Positions 29,084 through 37,909 of a DNA stretch of 56,349 nucleotides are shown here, one piece after another; position 1 is the first letter of the stretch, and each line of letters opens with the position of its first letter. The stretch is from positions 1 through 56,349 of the forward strand of contig JBCCQY010000050.1 of the NCBI GenBank assembly GCA_039208735.1, written 5' to 3'. The notes below the pieces were generated by a model that saw nothing but the letters and a program-made list of their open reading frames with translations, did not search any database and had not been told where the DNA came from. The position numbers and the translations under genes are program-made. Source of the DNA: Myxococcota bacterium. GTDB taxonomy: Bacteria > Myxococcota_A > UBA796 > GCA-2862545.

Positions 29084-29659
29084 ATGATCGTTTTGTTGGC
29101 CATTGCCTGTTCAAGTGCCCCGAATCCGGCTGAAGGTCCGGTTCGCTCCCAGCCCGCTCCCCCCGTTGCAAGCTTCGAAAAGCAAACGGCGGAGCCGCCA
29201 AAGATGGTGTTTACCGCCATCACAGACATGTTCGACCGCGGCCGCATCGGTCCGCCCAAGGCAGCAGCCACGGTCCGACCGGGGATGCCGCGCGCCGAGG
29301 CCATCGAAGCGCTCAAAACGGCCGACGCCACAAAAGGGTCGTTGCTGCAGCGGAAGGATGACACCGGCCGCGACATCGACTCCGTCCTGCACCTGACTGA
29401 GCCACCGATTCGCTTCTACGTCTTGAGCAAGGCTGACACGGTCGTCCAAATGCAGGTCGCCCTTCCCTTCGAGGCCGCAACCCACGCACTAGGCGATCTC
29501 TGGGGCGACCCCGCCCCGGGCGAGGCCACCCCCGAAGGGAAAGTCACCTTTGTCTGGTCCGGCGACGTCTGGAAAGCCCGCCTCCAGCCGCTGCCAGACC
29601 CCGACGAAGGCCCGCTTGCCCTTCAAGGGCGCGGCATTCTGGAACTGACGCCGCTTTAG
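29084..29659 (+). CDS. Hypothetical lipoprotein
   Basis: AAGGAG RBS; short lipobox MIVLLAIAC. Confidence 0.55.
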   Translation: MIVLLAIACSSAPNPAEGPVRSQPAPPVASFEKQTAEPPKMVFTAITDMFDRGRIGPPKAAATVRPGMPRAEAIEALKTADATKGSLLQRKDDTGRDIDSVLHLTEPPIRFYVLSKADTVVQMQVALPFEAATHALGDLWGDPAPGEATPEGKVTFVWSGDVWKARLQPLPDPDEGPLALQGRGILELTPL

Positions 29660-30522
29660 TCGGATGCCACCGCATCGAGCAGCCCAGCCGTCGACATCCG
29701 CTCGGCCTCGTCCCGCTCCTTCCAACGCAACAACAAGCCCGTCGTGCGCATGGGGAGCAACGGGTCTTGGAGTGCCAGGTCGATGGGATCGAGCATGCGC
29801 ACCTGCTGGTCCCGCTCATCGACCTCTCGTTTGACGGGGGCGAGCCAGCTTCGGGACGCAGGCGCATAGACAAGTTCGATGGGAGCTTCATCCTCGATGA
29901 CCACAAGCGCCGTGCGACCAATCCGGTGGGCTTTCGCCGGCTCGGGGGTCAGGGCGCACGGGGCTCCCCGATAGCACCGGGCATGAAAGAAGCCGTCGCG
30001 GTCCACCGCCCAACGACCCAATGGCCCGTGAACCCAACCGCCGGGCAACGGTCGCCCTGACCGCCCGACGACCACCCCGGTGACTTCAATGGGTTCCGGC
30101 TCCATGACCTGGCAGCGACCCGGCTCATCCGGAAATGCCCCTGACCATCGAACCACGACCCGTGGGGGTGATTCACTGGGATCGGAGGCCGCGTGCAATG
30201 CCAGGCTGCCCTCGGGTTCCGCTACGGTGGCGACCAACGTGCCGCCTTGTACGGTGGCGTGCGACCACTCCCGGGTAGCCTCTTCGTCGGCGGGCCAGGC
30301 GTCATCGACCGGACAACGAATCCATCCTTCACCCGCGTGCCGGGCCAGGATGCGAACTGCCCGATCGAGGTCCGTCGAGGGACTCGCGATCGCGGTGCGC
30401 GGGAGGGATGCGGTCGTTGGAGGCGTCGCCTCAGGGGGTTGTCGTTGGTGGATGAGCCAAGGCAGTCCTGCGAGACCTCCCATCAGCAATCCGGCTGTCC
30501 CACCAACAACGAAGTCACGCAT
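29656..30522 (-). CDS. Hypothetical membrane-anchored protein with a carboxypeptidase-regulatory-like domain
   Basis: N-terminal TM; 'VTGVVVGRSGRPLPGGWV...DRDGFF'; GGAGG RBS before ATG 30522. Confidence 0.5.
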   Translation of the reverse strand: MRDFVVGGTAGLLMGGLAGLPWLIHQRQPPEATPPTTASLPRTAIASPSTDLDRAVRILARHAGEGWIRCPVDDAWPADEEATREWSHATVQGGTLVATVAEPEGSLALHAASDPSESPPRVVVRWSGAFPDEPGRCQVMEPEPIEVTGVVVGRSGRPLPGGWVHGPLGRWAVDRDGFFHARCYRGAPCALTPEPAKAHRIGRTALVVIEDEAPIELVYAPASRSWLAPVKREVDERDQQVRMLDPIDLALQDPLLPMRTTGLLLRWKERDEAERMSTAGLLDAVASD

Positions 30523-30608
30523 CCAGGCTTGCCTCCGACTCCCTCCATCGGACGGCGCAGGCTCCCTTCGTTGCCACGACTTGTCGGGACGCCCATGATG
30601 CTTCTGTG

Positions 30609-30800
30609 CTAGCTGACCTGGCGGTACACCCAATAAACGCCGCTACCAAGCATCAGCAGCGGCAGGAACGTCAGCAGAACCGTCGCATCGAAGAAGGCCT
30701 GGCGATTTTCTTCGGTGGCCGAAAAGCACACCGAGCAAGCGAGCGCCGTGCCAGGAAACGACAGCGCAGTAACAGCGACGGACAGTGCGGCAGTGCGCAT
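30609..30800 (-). CDS. Small membrane protein with an ACxxC motif, last gene of the oxidase operon
   Basis: MRTAALSVAVTALSFPGTALACSVCFSATEENRQAF followed by a TM; starts 14 nt after the subunit III stop. Confidence 0.65.
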   Translation of the reverse strand: MRTAALSVAVTALSFPGTALACSVCFSATEENRQAFFDATVLLTFLPLLMLGSGVYWVYRQVS

Positions 30801-30814
30801 GGCGATGCTCCGAT

Positions 30815-31408
30815 TCAGCGCAAATAGACGAGGTAGTAGAGGAAGGGCCAGAGCAAAACCACGAAATACCAGAAGAGCCGTCCCGCCCAGAAGGCCTCCG
30901 CCGTGAGCTTGTTCGTCTGCAGACGCAGCCACAGGTTGAACAACACCAACGTGCCGCCGATGACATGCAAGCCGTGGGCGCCGACAATCAGGTAAAAGAA
31001 CGAGGCGTGCGCGGATTTCTGCAGGGTCAGCCCATCTGAAAGCAACTGCACCCATTCCACACCCTGAAACACAACGAAAAACACCCCAAGCAGCATGCCG
31101 ATGAGCATCGGCAACTTAGCCTTGGAGGGGTCTTCGGTGAACCGGCGCCCTGCGTAGTAGACGATGGCGCCCGAAAGCAACAACGCCACCGTATTGAATG
31201 CCGTCTCTTCCACGGGGAGGAGCGGCTGGTCGGGCGGAGGCCAGACCTCGACCGCGGACCGTGCAACGAGGAAGGCCGCAATGAACCCTCCGAACAGCAT
31301 GATCTCGGTCATGATGAAAATCAAGGTTCCCAGCACCGCACTCGGCACCCGGCGCTCGACAGGCTGGGGCGGGGGATGGACGAGTCGGAGATCGGTCTCG
31401 CTGGCCAT
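30815..31408 (-). CDS. Heme-copper oxidase subunit III family protein (second copy)
   Basis: LGTLIFIMTEIMLFGG, NTVALLLS, FQGVEW, HGLHV, FWYFVVLLWP. Confidence 0.85.
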   Translation of the reverse strand: MASETDLRLVHPPPQPVERRVPSAVLGTLIFIMTEIMLFGGFIAAFLVARSAVEVWPPPDQPLLPVEETAFNTVALLLSGAIVYYAGRRFTEDPSKAKLPMLIGMLLGVFFVVFQGVEWVQLLSDGLTLQKSAHASFFYLIVGAHGLHVIGGTLVLFNLWLRLQTNKLTAEAFWAGRLFWYFVVLLWPFLYYLVYLR

Positions 31409-31425
31409 CGGGGCCTCCGTGCGGA

Positions 31426-31935
31426 CTAGTGGTCTCCCGACTTCGTATCTTTGTCGTGGTCGTCATGGCCGTGGTCATCGCCATGATTGTCACCATGGCC
31501 GCCGTGATGGTCACCACCGGCGGCCTGCTCTTCCTGCGTCTTGGCGATGTACGCCTTCGCCGCCAGGTTTTCCCAGTTCTTCCCTTCATGGTTGCCCACA
31601 TCCGGAGCCACACCGGCGAAGAACAAAACCATGAAGACGACCGAGGTGACCAAGAAGTAGTGAACGATCGGCTTCTCGACATCGAGGTGCATGAAGTGCT
31701 TCATGACCAACCACGCCTTCACCACTGCGATTCCAAACGCCGTGATGAGGGTGATGACAGAGAGTTCCAGCGCTTCACCAACCCAGGGACCGACGAATGA
31801 AATGCCAGCCAACACCACGAGCGCCACGAAGATGGTCGTGTAGTGCGAATCGGGGTGCAGGTGCTTTTCGTCATGCGCGTGGTCTTCGTGCGCAGATGCA
31901 CCAGGTTCCATGGCGGTTGTCGATTGGTCAGACAT
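31426..31935 (-). CDS. Cytochrome c oxidase subunit IV family protein with His-rich termini
   Basis: Three TMs; AVVKAWLVMKHFMHL motif. Confidence 0.8.
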   Translation of the reverse strand: MSDQSTTAMEPGASAHEDHAHDEKHLHPDSHYTTIFVALVVLAGISFVGPWVGEALELSVITLITAFGIAVVKAWLVMKHFMHLDVEKPIVHYFLVTSVVFMVLFFAGVAPDVGNHEGKNWENLAAKAYIAKTQEEQAAGGDHHGGHGDNHGDDHGHDDHDKDTKSGDH

Positions 31936-31950
31936 AGCCTAGCTCCTGCG

Positions 31951-32535
31951 CTACTTGGCGATGTAGAGGAGGGGGAACAAGAAGATCCACACGATGTCGA
32001 CAAAGTGCCAGTACAGGCCCGCATTCTCGACACGGTGAAGTTCTTCATTGCGGCGTGCCGTTCCGGCCACCCACAACATCACGATGCCCCCACCGATGAC
32101 GTGAGACGCATGGATACCCGCTGCCGTGTAGTAGAACGCCCAGAACGGATTCTTCCAGGGCACGTAGCCATGGCTGATCTCGGTCGTCCATTCGTAGCCC
32201 TTGATGCACAAGAACGCCGCGGCACAAAGAATGGTGAGGTACAGCCAGTTCGCGGCCGTACTGCCTTCGCCCCGCTCCGCCGCATTATGCGCCCGAACCG
32301 CGAAGTACGATGAGGTTAGCAGCACCATCGTGTTGATGAAGCCGATGTACTCGTTGGTGTCGTTCGCAAAGCCCGGGCCACCCCATTCGGGATGGTTGAC
32401 GCGGTGCATGATGTAGGCAGCGAGGATGCCTCCGAAGATGACGACTTCGGAGGCAAGCAGCCACCAGACCGCGAGCTTCGACGTCAGGATGCCCGTCGAA
32501 GACCGGGTTGTGGCAATGGGTCTAAAAGCGGCCAT
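31951..32535 (-). CDS. Cytochrome c oxidase subunit III
   Basis: KLAVWWLLASE, NTMVLLTSS, KGYEW, HASHV, GLYWHFVDIVWIFLFPLLY. Confidence 0.9.
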   Translation of the reverse strand: MAAFRPIATTRSSTGILTSKLAVWWLLASEVVIFGGILAAYIMHRVNHPEWGGPGFANDTNEYIGFINTMVLLTSSYFAVRAHNAAERGEGSTAANWLYLTILCAAAFLCIKGYEWTTEISHGYVPWKNPFWAFYYTAAGIHASHVIGGGIVMLWVAGTARRNEELHRVENAGLYWHFVDIVWIFLFPLLYIAK

Positions 32536-32553
32536 GGCGGTCCTCGATTCCCG

Positions 32554-34269
32554 TCAGGTGGGCTGGTTCTGCGGCCAGTAATCGTCTTCACGACCCCGCA
32601 CCGAGTACTCGTAAGGGCCTCGGTACACCCGGGGCATGTCATTCGGCGGCCAGTTGCCGTGGCCCGGGGGCGACGACGTGGTCCACTCGAGCGTATTGGC
32701 CTTCCACGGATTGGGGCCGGCCTTTTCGCCACGGAACATGCTGTAGAACAGGTTGAAGAGGAAGACGAACTGGAACGCGATGAGGATGACGAGCGAGACC
32801 GTTGCGATGATGCGAAGCACCTGAAGGTCCGGCGTCGACAGCTCGGGGTAGATGTTGAAGTTGTAGATCCGGCGGTGCTGACCGGCGGCACCCAGTACGA
32901 AGAGCGGGATGAAGATGGTCTGGAGCGGGATGATGGTGCCCCAGAAGTGAATCTTGCCGAGGTTTTCGTCCATCATACGGCCGAACATCTTCGGGAACCA
33001 GAAGGTCAACGCGGCGAACGCCCCGATGAACGCAATCGGGAAGAACGTGTAGTGGAAGTGCGCGATGACGAAGTAGGTGTCGTGGAAGTAGATGTCCATG
33101 CCGCTGGCACCAAGGTAGATGCCCGTCACACCACCGATGAGGAACGTCGCGATGAACGACAGCGCCCAGAGCATGGGGGTCGTGAATCGAATCGATCCGC
33201 CGTACAGCGTGGCGATGTAGAGGAAGAGCATCTCGGCGATGGGAATCGAGATCAGCACCGTCGTGATCGTGAACACGTTGGCCATGCGGGGGTCAACGCC
33301 CGCGATGAACTGGTGGTGCGCCCACACGAAGAACGACAGCACGCCCGTGGCAATCGCCGTGTAGAGGATGGTCTGGTAGCCAAAGAGCTTCTTGCGGGCG
33401 AAGACCGTGATGATCTCGGCCACAATCCCCATTGCAGGCAGGAGCACGACGTACACTTCAGGGTGTCCGAAGAACCAGAAGAGGTGCTGCCACAGGATGG
33501 GGTCACCACCGCCCGCGGGATTGAAGAACGCGGTGCCCAACTGCTGGTCCATGAACAGCATGATGGCGCCCGCGATGAGCGGCCCAACGGAGACCATGAA
33601 GAGAATGGAGGCGATGCAGATCATCCACACCACCATGGGCACATCCTTCGCGCCCATGCCGGGGGCCCGCGAATTCATCGCCGTGGTGATGAAGTTGATG
33701 CCGCCCACTAAGAATGCGACAAACTCTACCGCCACTGCGACCAGCCATAAGGTCGAGCCGAGCGGTGTGAGGTTGTAGTCTGCGTTTGCAGAAAGCGGCG
33801 GGTACGACGTCCAAGCGCCGCCGAAGCCACCGCCCGGCACCACCCAGCTCGCGAACAGGATGAGCACGCTGATGAAAAACAGCTGATACGACAGGCGGTT
33901 CAGCTTCGGGAAGACCATGTCATCGGCGCCGATCATGAGCGGAATCAGGAAGTTCCCGAAGGCCGCAATCAGCACCGGCATGGCGACCCAGAAGATCATC
34001 ACCGTGCCGTGGTTCGTGATCAGCATGTTGTATTCGGTAGGGCCGACGACGCCGTAGCCCGGAACACTGATGCCCGGGAAGGCGAGCTGCATGCGGAAGG
34101 CGTAGACGAAGAACCCGCCGAACAGCGCCATGAACATCCCCGTAAAGAGGTACTGCATGCCGATGTACTTGTGATCGAGCGGGAAGATGTATTTTTCGAG
34201 GAAAGTGGGCTCGTGGTGCTCGTGCCCGTGCTCCTCGGGGTGGTCGATCGTGGGCTGGCTGGCCATCAC
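32554..34269 (-). CDS. Heme-copper oxidase subunit I (A1-like GHPEVY, divergent proton channels)
   Basis: DHKxIG, NHGTVM, WTSYPPL, WFFGHPEVY, WAHHQF, HDTYFVIAHFHY and HRR; all six His ligands present. Confidence 0.95.
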   Translation of the reverse strand: MMASQPTIDHPEEHGHEHHEPTFLEKYIFPLDHKYIGMQYLFTGMFMALFGGFFVYAFRMQLAFPGISVPGYGVVGPTEYNMLITNHGTVMIFWVAMPVLIAAFGNFLIPLMIGADDMVFPKLNRLSYQLFFISVLILFASWVVPGGGFGGAWTSYPPLSANADYNLTPLGSTLWLVAVAVEFVAFLVGGINFITTAMNSRAPGMGAKDVPMVVWMICIASILFMVSVGPLIAGAIMLFMDQQLGTAFFNPAGGGDPILWQHLFWFFGHPEVYVVLLPAMGIVAEIITVFARKKLFGYQTILYTAIATGVLSFFVWAHHQFIAGVDPRMANVFTITTVLISIPIAEMLFLYIATLYGGSIRFTTPMLWALSFIATFLIGGVTGIYLGASGMDIYFHDTYFVIAHFHYTFFPIAFIGAFAALTFWFPKMFGRMMDENLGKIHFWGTIIPLQTIFIPLFVLGAAGQHRRIYNFNIYPELSTPDLQVLRIIATVSLVILIAFQFVFLFNLFYSMFRGEKAGPNPWKANTLEWTTSSPPGHGNWPPNDMPRVYRGPYEYSVRGREDDYWPQNQPT

Positions 34270-34290
34270 ATCCTCGGAAAAGTTGGGGAA

Positions 34291-34968
34291 CTAGCGGGAA
34301 GCCACCGTTTCAGCCTGGAGCATCCAGGCCTCATATTCCTGCGGCGTATGCACGATGAGTCGCGCCGGCATCAGGCCGTGGCCGATGCCGCACATCTCGG
34401 TACACTGGATATCGTACGTGCCCGTTTTGGTCGCTTCGAACCAACCGGTGATCCGGCGGCCAGGAATCGCGTCCTGTTTGAGGCGGAAAACGGGAATCGA
34501 GAAGCTGTGCAGAACGTCGCGCGACTCGAGCTGGAAGTGGTAAGGCTCGTTGACCACGATGTGTAGTTCGTCACCGACGTCGATGTCGTCTTCGGTGTCG
34601 AGTTCACCGTCCGGACCCTGGTGCTTGAACGTCCACGCCCACTGCTGGGCCGTCACGCGCACCACGTTTGTGGTGTCGGGCAGATTCTGCTTGACCTGCA
34701 TCCATACGTTGACCGCGCCGGCGATGATGATGAGGTCTAAAGCGATGATCGCGGCGTGTGGCCAGTTGATCCAGCGCTTGAGCTCGGGCTCGTTGCCCGT
34801 CACGTAAAGCGCCTTTTCGCCGGGCTGTTCCCGGTACCGCCACAGGAAGTAGAAGAACACGCCCTCAGCCGCGAAGAACCACGGCATGACGATGATCGTC
34901 ACGAGAACAAACAGGAAGTCGATCTCGGAGGCGTAGGTCGAGACAGGCTCGATGAGCATTTCGATCAT
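34291..34968 (-). CDS. Cytochrome c oxidase subunit II (CuA)
   Basis: QQWAW, DVLHSF, QDAIPG, CTEMCGIGHGLM CuA motif; two N-terminal TMs. Confidence 0.93.
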   Translation of the reverse strand: MIEMLIEPVSTYASEIDFLFVLVTIIVMPWFFAAEGVFFYFLWRYREQPGEKALYVTGNEPELKRWINWPHAAIIALDLIIIAGAVNVWMQVKQNLPDTTNVVRVTAQQWAWTFKHQGPDGELDTEDDIDVGDELHIVVNEPYHFQLESRDVLHSFSIPVFRLKQDAIPGRRITGWFEATKTGTYDIQCTEMCGIGHGLMPARLIVHTPQEYEAWMLQAETVASR

Positions 34969-34975
34969 GACGGGC

Positions 34976-35080
34976 TCACAAGATGAAGACGAACACGACG
35001 CCGATGAACAGGGCGGCGCCGAACATCGTCGCGACGAAGGTGTTGTTGGCGATTTCTTCGGGGGTCTCGTCCTTGGCCAT
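34976..35080 (-). CDS. 34-aa single-TM microprotein (absent from the ORF track)
   Basis: GGAGG RBS; MAKDETPEEIANNTFVATMFGAALFIGVVFVFIL*; fills the gap between the diheme cytochrome and subunit II. Confidence 0.7.
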   Translation of the reverse strand: MAKDETPEEIANNTFVATMFGAALFIGVVFVFIL

Positions 35081-35089
35081 CAGCCCCTC

Positions 35090-35800
35090 CTAGTTGCCCG
35101 ACTTCAGGGTCTGGATGTAGGCGGCCAAGTTTTCCATGTCCTGCTCTTCCAGGGCAATGGCGTTTGGCCACATGGTCTGCCCCCACTGATCGTCGGGGTG
35201 ACGACCACGAGCGCCGGACTTGAAATTCTTGAGCTGGGTCACGATGTACCAATCGGGCAGGTGCACCAACTTCGGCGAATGAAGATCGGGATTTCCCATC
35301 CCATTCGCACCATGACACGCCGTACATACGAGGTAGCTGGCCTTGCCGGCCGCAAGTTCCTCGGCCGTGGCCTGGATCGTGGTCACCGTCTTCACGCTCT
35401 GCAGCCCGACGATTTCGCCGACGTCATCTTGGATGCCATCGACGTAGGCCGCGACTTCACGCAACTGCCGGTCGGACGGAAGCGCCCACGCCATCGGACG
35501 CATTCGCTTGCCCGCGATGTCGTCATAGGCGACGCCGCGAATTCCATTGCGGAAGTTGTAGAGCTGTTGGGCCACGTACCAGTACGGAAGACCACCGATG
35601 GACGGGGCCCCAATGTCCGGATTTCCGGCTCCGTTTTCGCCGTGACACTGCAGGCAGTAGTTGACGTAGTGGGCTTCGCCCCGTTCGGCCATATCAGCCG
35701 TCGGCTCGTCTGGATCGGTCTTGGCCGTGGCGTAGTCGCAGCCCACAGCTACCAGAGGCAGCGTGGCCATAGCGATGACCCAGGACTTCAGCGAGTGCAT
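35090..35800 (-). CDS. Diheme cytochrome c4-like lipoprotein
   Basis: Lipobox VAVGC; CLQCH and CTACH; two 'Y...QLxNFxxGxRG' halves with distal Met. Confidence 0.9.
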   Translation of the reverse strand: MHSLKSWVIAMATLPLVAVGCDYATAKTDPDEPTADMAERGEAHYVNYCLQCHGENGAGNPDIGAPSIGGLPYWYVAQQLYNFRNGIRGVAYDDIAGKRMRPMAWALPSDRQLREVAAYVDGIQDDVGEIVGLQSVKTVTTIQATAEELAAGKASYLVCTACHGANGMGNPDLHSPKLVHLPDWYIVTQLKNFKSGARGRHPDDQWGQTMWPNAIALEEQDMENLAAYIQTLKSGN

Positions 35801-35877
35801 GAGACCTCTCTTCGGAGTAGCACCCTAAGAAGGGCCTCTCCGCGCATCAATGCTCCAAAGTGCTGCGCCTCGGCTCC

Positions 35878-36393
35878 TCAGCCGTGCGCCATGGTCACGA
35901 TCATCACTCCCGTCACCGTGACGTACAGCCAAACGCCGAACGTCCCGGGCGCAATCTTGCGGTGATCCTCGATCGCCCCAAAGAACCCTCGTGCCCACGT
36001 GGTGAGCGCAAGGGGCAACACAACGATGGCCAACAAGATGTGGGTGGCAAGGACGAACAAGTAGACTGCTCGAAACTCCCCTTCGTACCGGACGGGGCCT
36101 GCGCTGAACCAATGGTAGGTCACATACGAGACCAAGAACACCGCCGACAACGCGAGGGCAAAGGTCATGAGGGCCTTGTGCAAGGTCACCTGCTTGGCCC
36201 GAATCGCCGCAAACCCGGCGAGCAGGACTACGGTGGTGACACTGTTGATGCCCGCGTTGACCCACGGAAGCGCCGAGACGTCAACCGATCCCGCGACGCC
36301 CTCAGGCCGGGGCCCGAGCAACAAGAACGCCACGACGGCGCACACCACCGCCGAAACGGCGTAAATCAGCCGCTGACGGGTGGTCGGATTCAT
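35878..36393 (-). CDS. DUF420 family membrane protein (oxidase assembly-associated)
   Basis: LPWVNAGIN, HKALM, FLVSYVTYH, THILLA, HRKIA, WLYVTVTG. Confidence 0.85.
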   Translation of the reverse strand: MNPTTRQRLIYAVSAVVCAVVAFLLLGPRPEGVAGSVDVSALPWVNAGINSVTTVVLLAGFAAIRAKQVTLHKALMTFALALSAVFLVSYVTYHWFSAGPVRYEGEFRAVYLFVLATHILLAIVVLPLALTTWARGFFGAIEDHRKIAPGTFGVWLYVTVTGVMIVTMAHG

Positions 36394-36986
36394 CGGATGG
36401 CCGCGACGTCCGCGGGCAAGACAATGCCGTCGTCATTGCCCCAGCTGTGACGCTCGTAGGTTGCCACCGCCGCGACGTCATAGTCCGAGAGGCTTCCCCA
36501 CGGAGCCATCGCGCCGTTGTAGGTGACCCCCTGAACCACAATCTCACCGACCAGTCCGTGCACGATGATGCGCGAATGGTTCTGGGCGTCGCCGTAGTAG
36601 TCTCCCGAGCCGGCAAGCGGAGGGTAGATGCCTTCGAGGCCCTGGCCATCGGCCTGGTGGCAGGTCTGGCAAACGTTGCCATAGACCTCTTCACCTCGGG
36701 CCATCAGCGAATCGTAGTCCTCGAGAAGCTCAACCTCTTCCTTGGGAAGCGTCGCCAGGATGGGGCCCTTGTACAGCTCCACATCCACTTCGATGGGCGG
36801 AGACGCGCAGTAGCGGTAGCCCGTCTTGGCACTGACGAGCCACGACGTGCACTCCCCATCGACGTACTTGTGCGCGTAGCGCGCCTGGATCTCGGGCGCG
36901 TCGTGTTCGTAAGGACGTTGCCCGCAAGCCACCGTGAGGGCGAGCGAGCCGACGAGGGTGAAGGAAGCGAGAGTTCGCACGTTCAC
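36390..36986 (-). CDS. Monoheme cytochrome c lipoprotein
   Basis: Lipobox LTVAC; CQTCHQADGQG, YPPLAGS, YNGAM, RHSWGN; GTGA overlap with the heme O synthase stop. Confidence 0.85.
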   Translation of the reverse strand: MNVRTLASFTLVGSLALTVACGQRPYEHDAPEIQARYAHKYVDGECTSWLVSAKTGYRYCASPPIEVDVELYKGPILATLPKEEVELLEDYDSLMARGEEVYGNVCQTCHQADGQGLEGIYPPLAGSGDYYGDAQNHSRIIVHGLVGEIVVQGVTYNGAMAPWGSLSDYDVAAVATYERHSWGNDDGIVLPADVAAIR

Positions 36987-37909
36987 TCCAGAATCCGCAG
37001 GACCACAAGGTCGAGCAGCATGGCACCAAACAAGAGGGACAGATGGGCAATCGAGTGTCGGAACACCTGTCGGTCCACCGCCGGAAGATCGAGCACGATC
37101 GAACGGGCAACCGAAATCAGGAATCCAACCCCCACGACGACAGCGACGACGCCGTAGACCCAGGAGAGTTGACCGAGCCACACCGGAGCCAGCGTCACCG
37201 GTAGCAACAGCGCCGTGTAGCCGAGAGAGCGCCAGCGCGTAGCCTGGTTGCCAACGACCGACGGCATCATGGGGAAGCCTCCGAGCTCGTACTCACGCTT
37301 CCGGAAAATCGCGATGGCCCAGAAGTGCGGAGGCGTCCACAGAAACACGATCAGGAACAGGATGACCGCACCCACCGAGATGCCATCGCCGACGGCGGCA
37401 GACGCAATCAACGGGGCCGTCGACCCGGCCGCACCGCCAATCACAATGTTCTGGGGGGTCCGTGGCTTGAGCCACGCGGTGTAGACCCCGACGTAGAACG
37501 CGATGGTTCCGAGGCCCACCAGCGCGGCGAGGCTGTTGCCAAACGCGTAGAGAAGCGCGGTTCCGAGCACCGTCAGCACCGCGCCATAGGTCGTGACCAT
37601 TACGGGGGAGAGCGCTGCCGCAGGCAACGGACGCTGCCGGGTACGGGCCATTCGAGCATCCGACTCACGCTCGATCACAGCGTTGAACGCCGAGCACGCC
37701 CCGCCGATGAGCGCCGTGCCCAACAGCACAAAGAACGCTTGCGTGGCCGACGGCCAGGTGGCCTGACCCAGCAACAGCGCGGGCAGCCCCGTAAAGACCA
37801 CCAGGCCAATCACCTTAGGCCGGATGATCTCGAGCCAACGTTGCAAAGGATGAACGTCAACCTCTGAAAGCTCAGCCAAGAGCGTGCGAGGAGCTTCAAC
37901 CTGACTCAC
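36983..37909 (-). CDS. ctaB: Protoheme IX farnesyltransferase (heme O synthase)
   Basis: DARMARTRQRPLP, YTAWLKPRTPQNIVIGG, FLWTPPHFWAIA. Confidence 0.93.
   Translation of the reverse strand: MSQVEAPRTLLAELSEVDVHPLQRWLEIIRPKVIGLVVFTGLPALLLGQATWPSATQAFFVLLGTALIGGACSAFNAVIERESDARMARTRQRPLPAAALSPVMVTTYGAVLTVLGTALLYAFGNSLAALVGLGTIAFYVGVYTAWLKPRTPQNIVIGGAAGSTAPLIASAAVGDGISVGAVILFLIVFLWTPPHFWAIAIFRKREYELGGFPMMPSVVGNQATRWRSLGYTALLLPVTLAPVWLGQLSWVYGVVAVVVGVGFLISVARSIVLDLPAVDRQVFRHSIAHLSLLFGAMLLDLVVLRILE

Noticed and set aside
32392..33711. 439-aa plus-strand ORF
   Set aside because: Antisense shadow of oxidase subunit I
32554..34269. Calling subunit I a nitric oxide reductase
   Set aside because: The cross-linking Tyr of HPEVY, CuA subunit II and heme A/O synthases are all present, so an O2 reductase is the default call
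35801..35877. TTGAT half-site (FNR-like) upstream of the diheme cytochrome
   Set aside because: The matching ATCAA half-site at the correct spacing is absent
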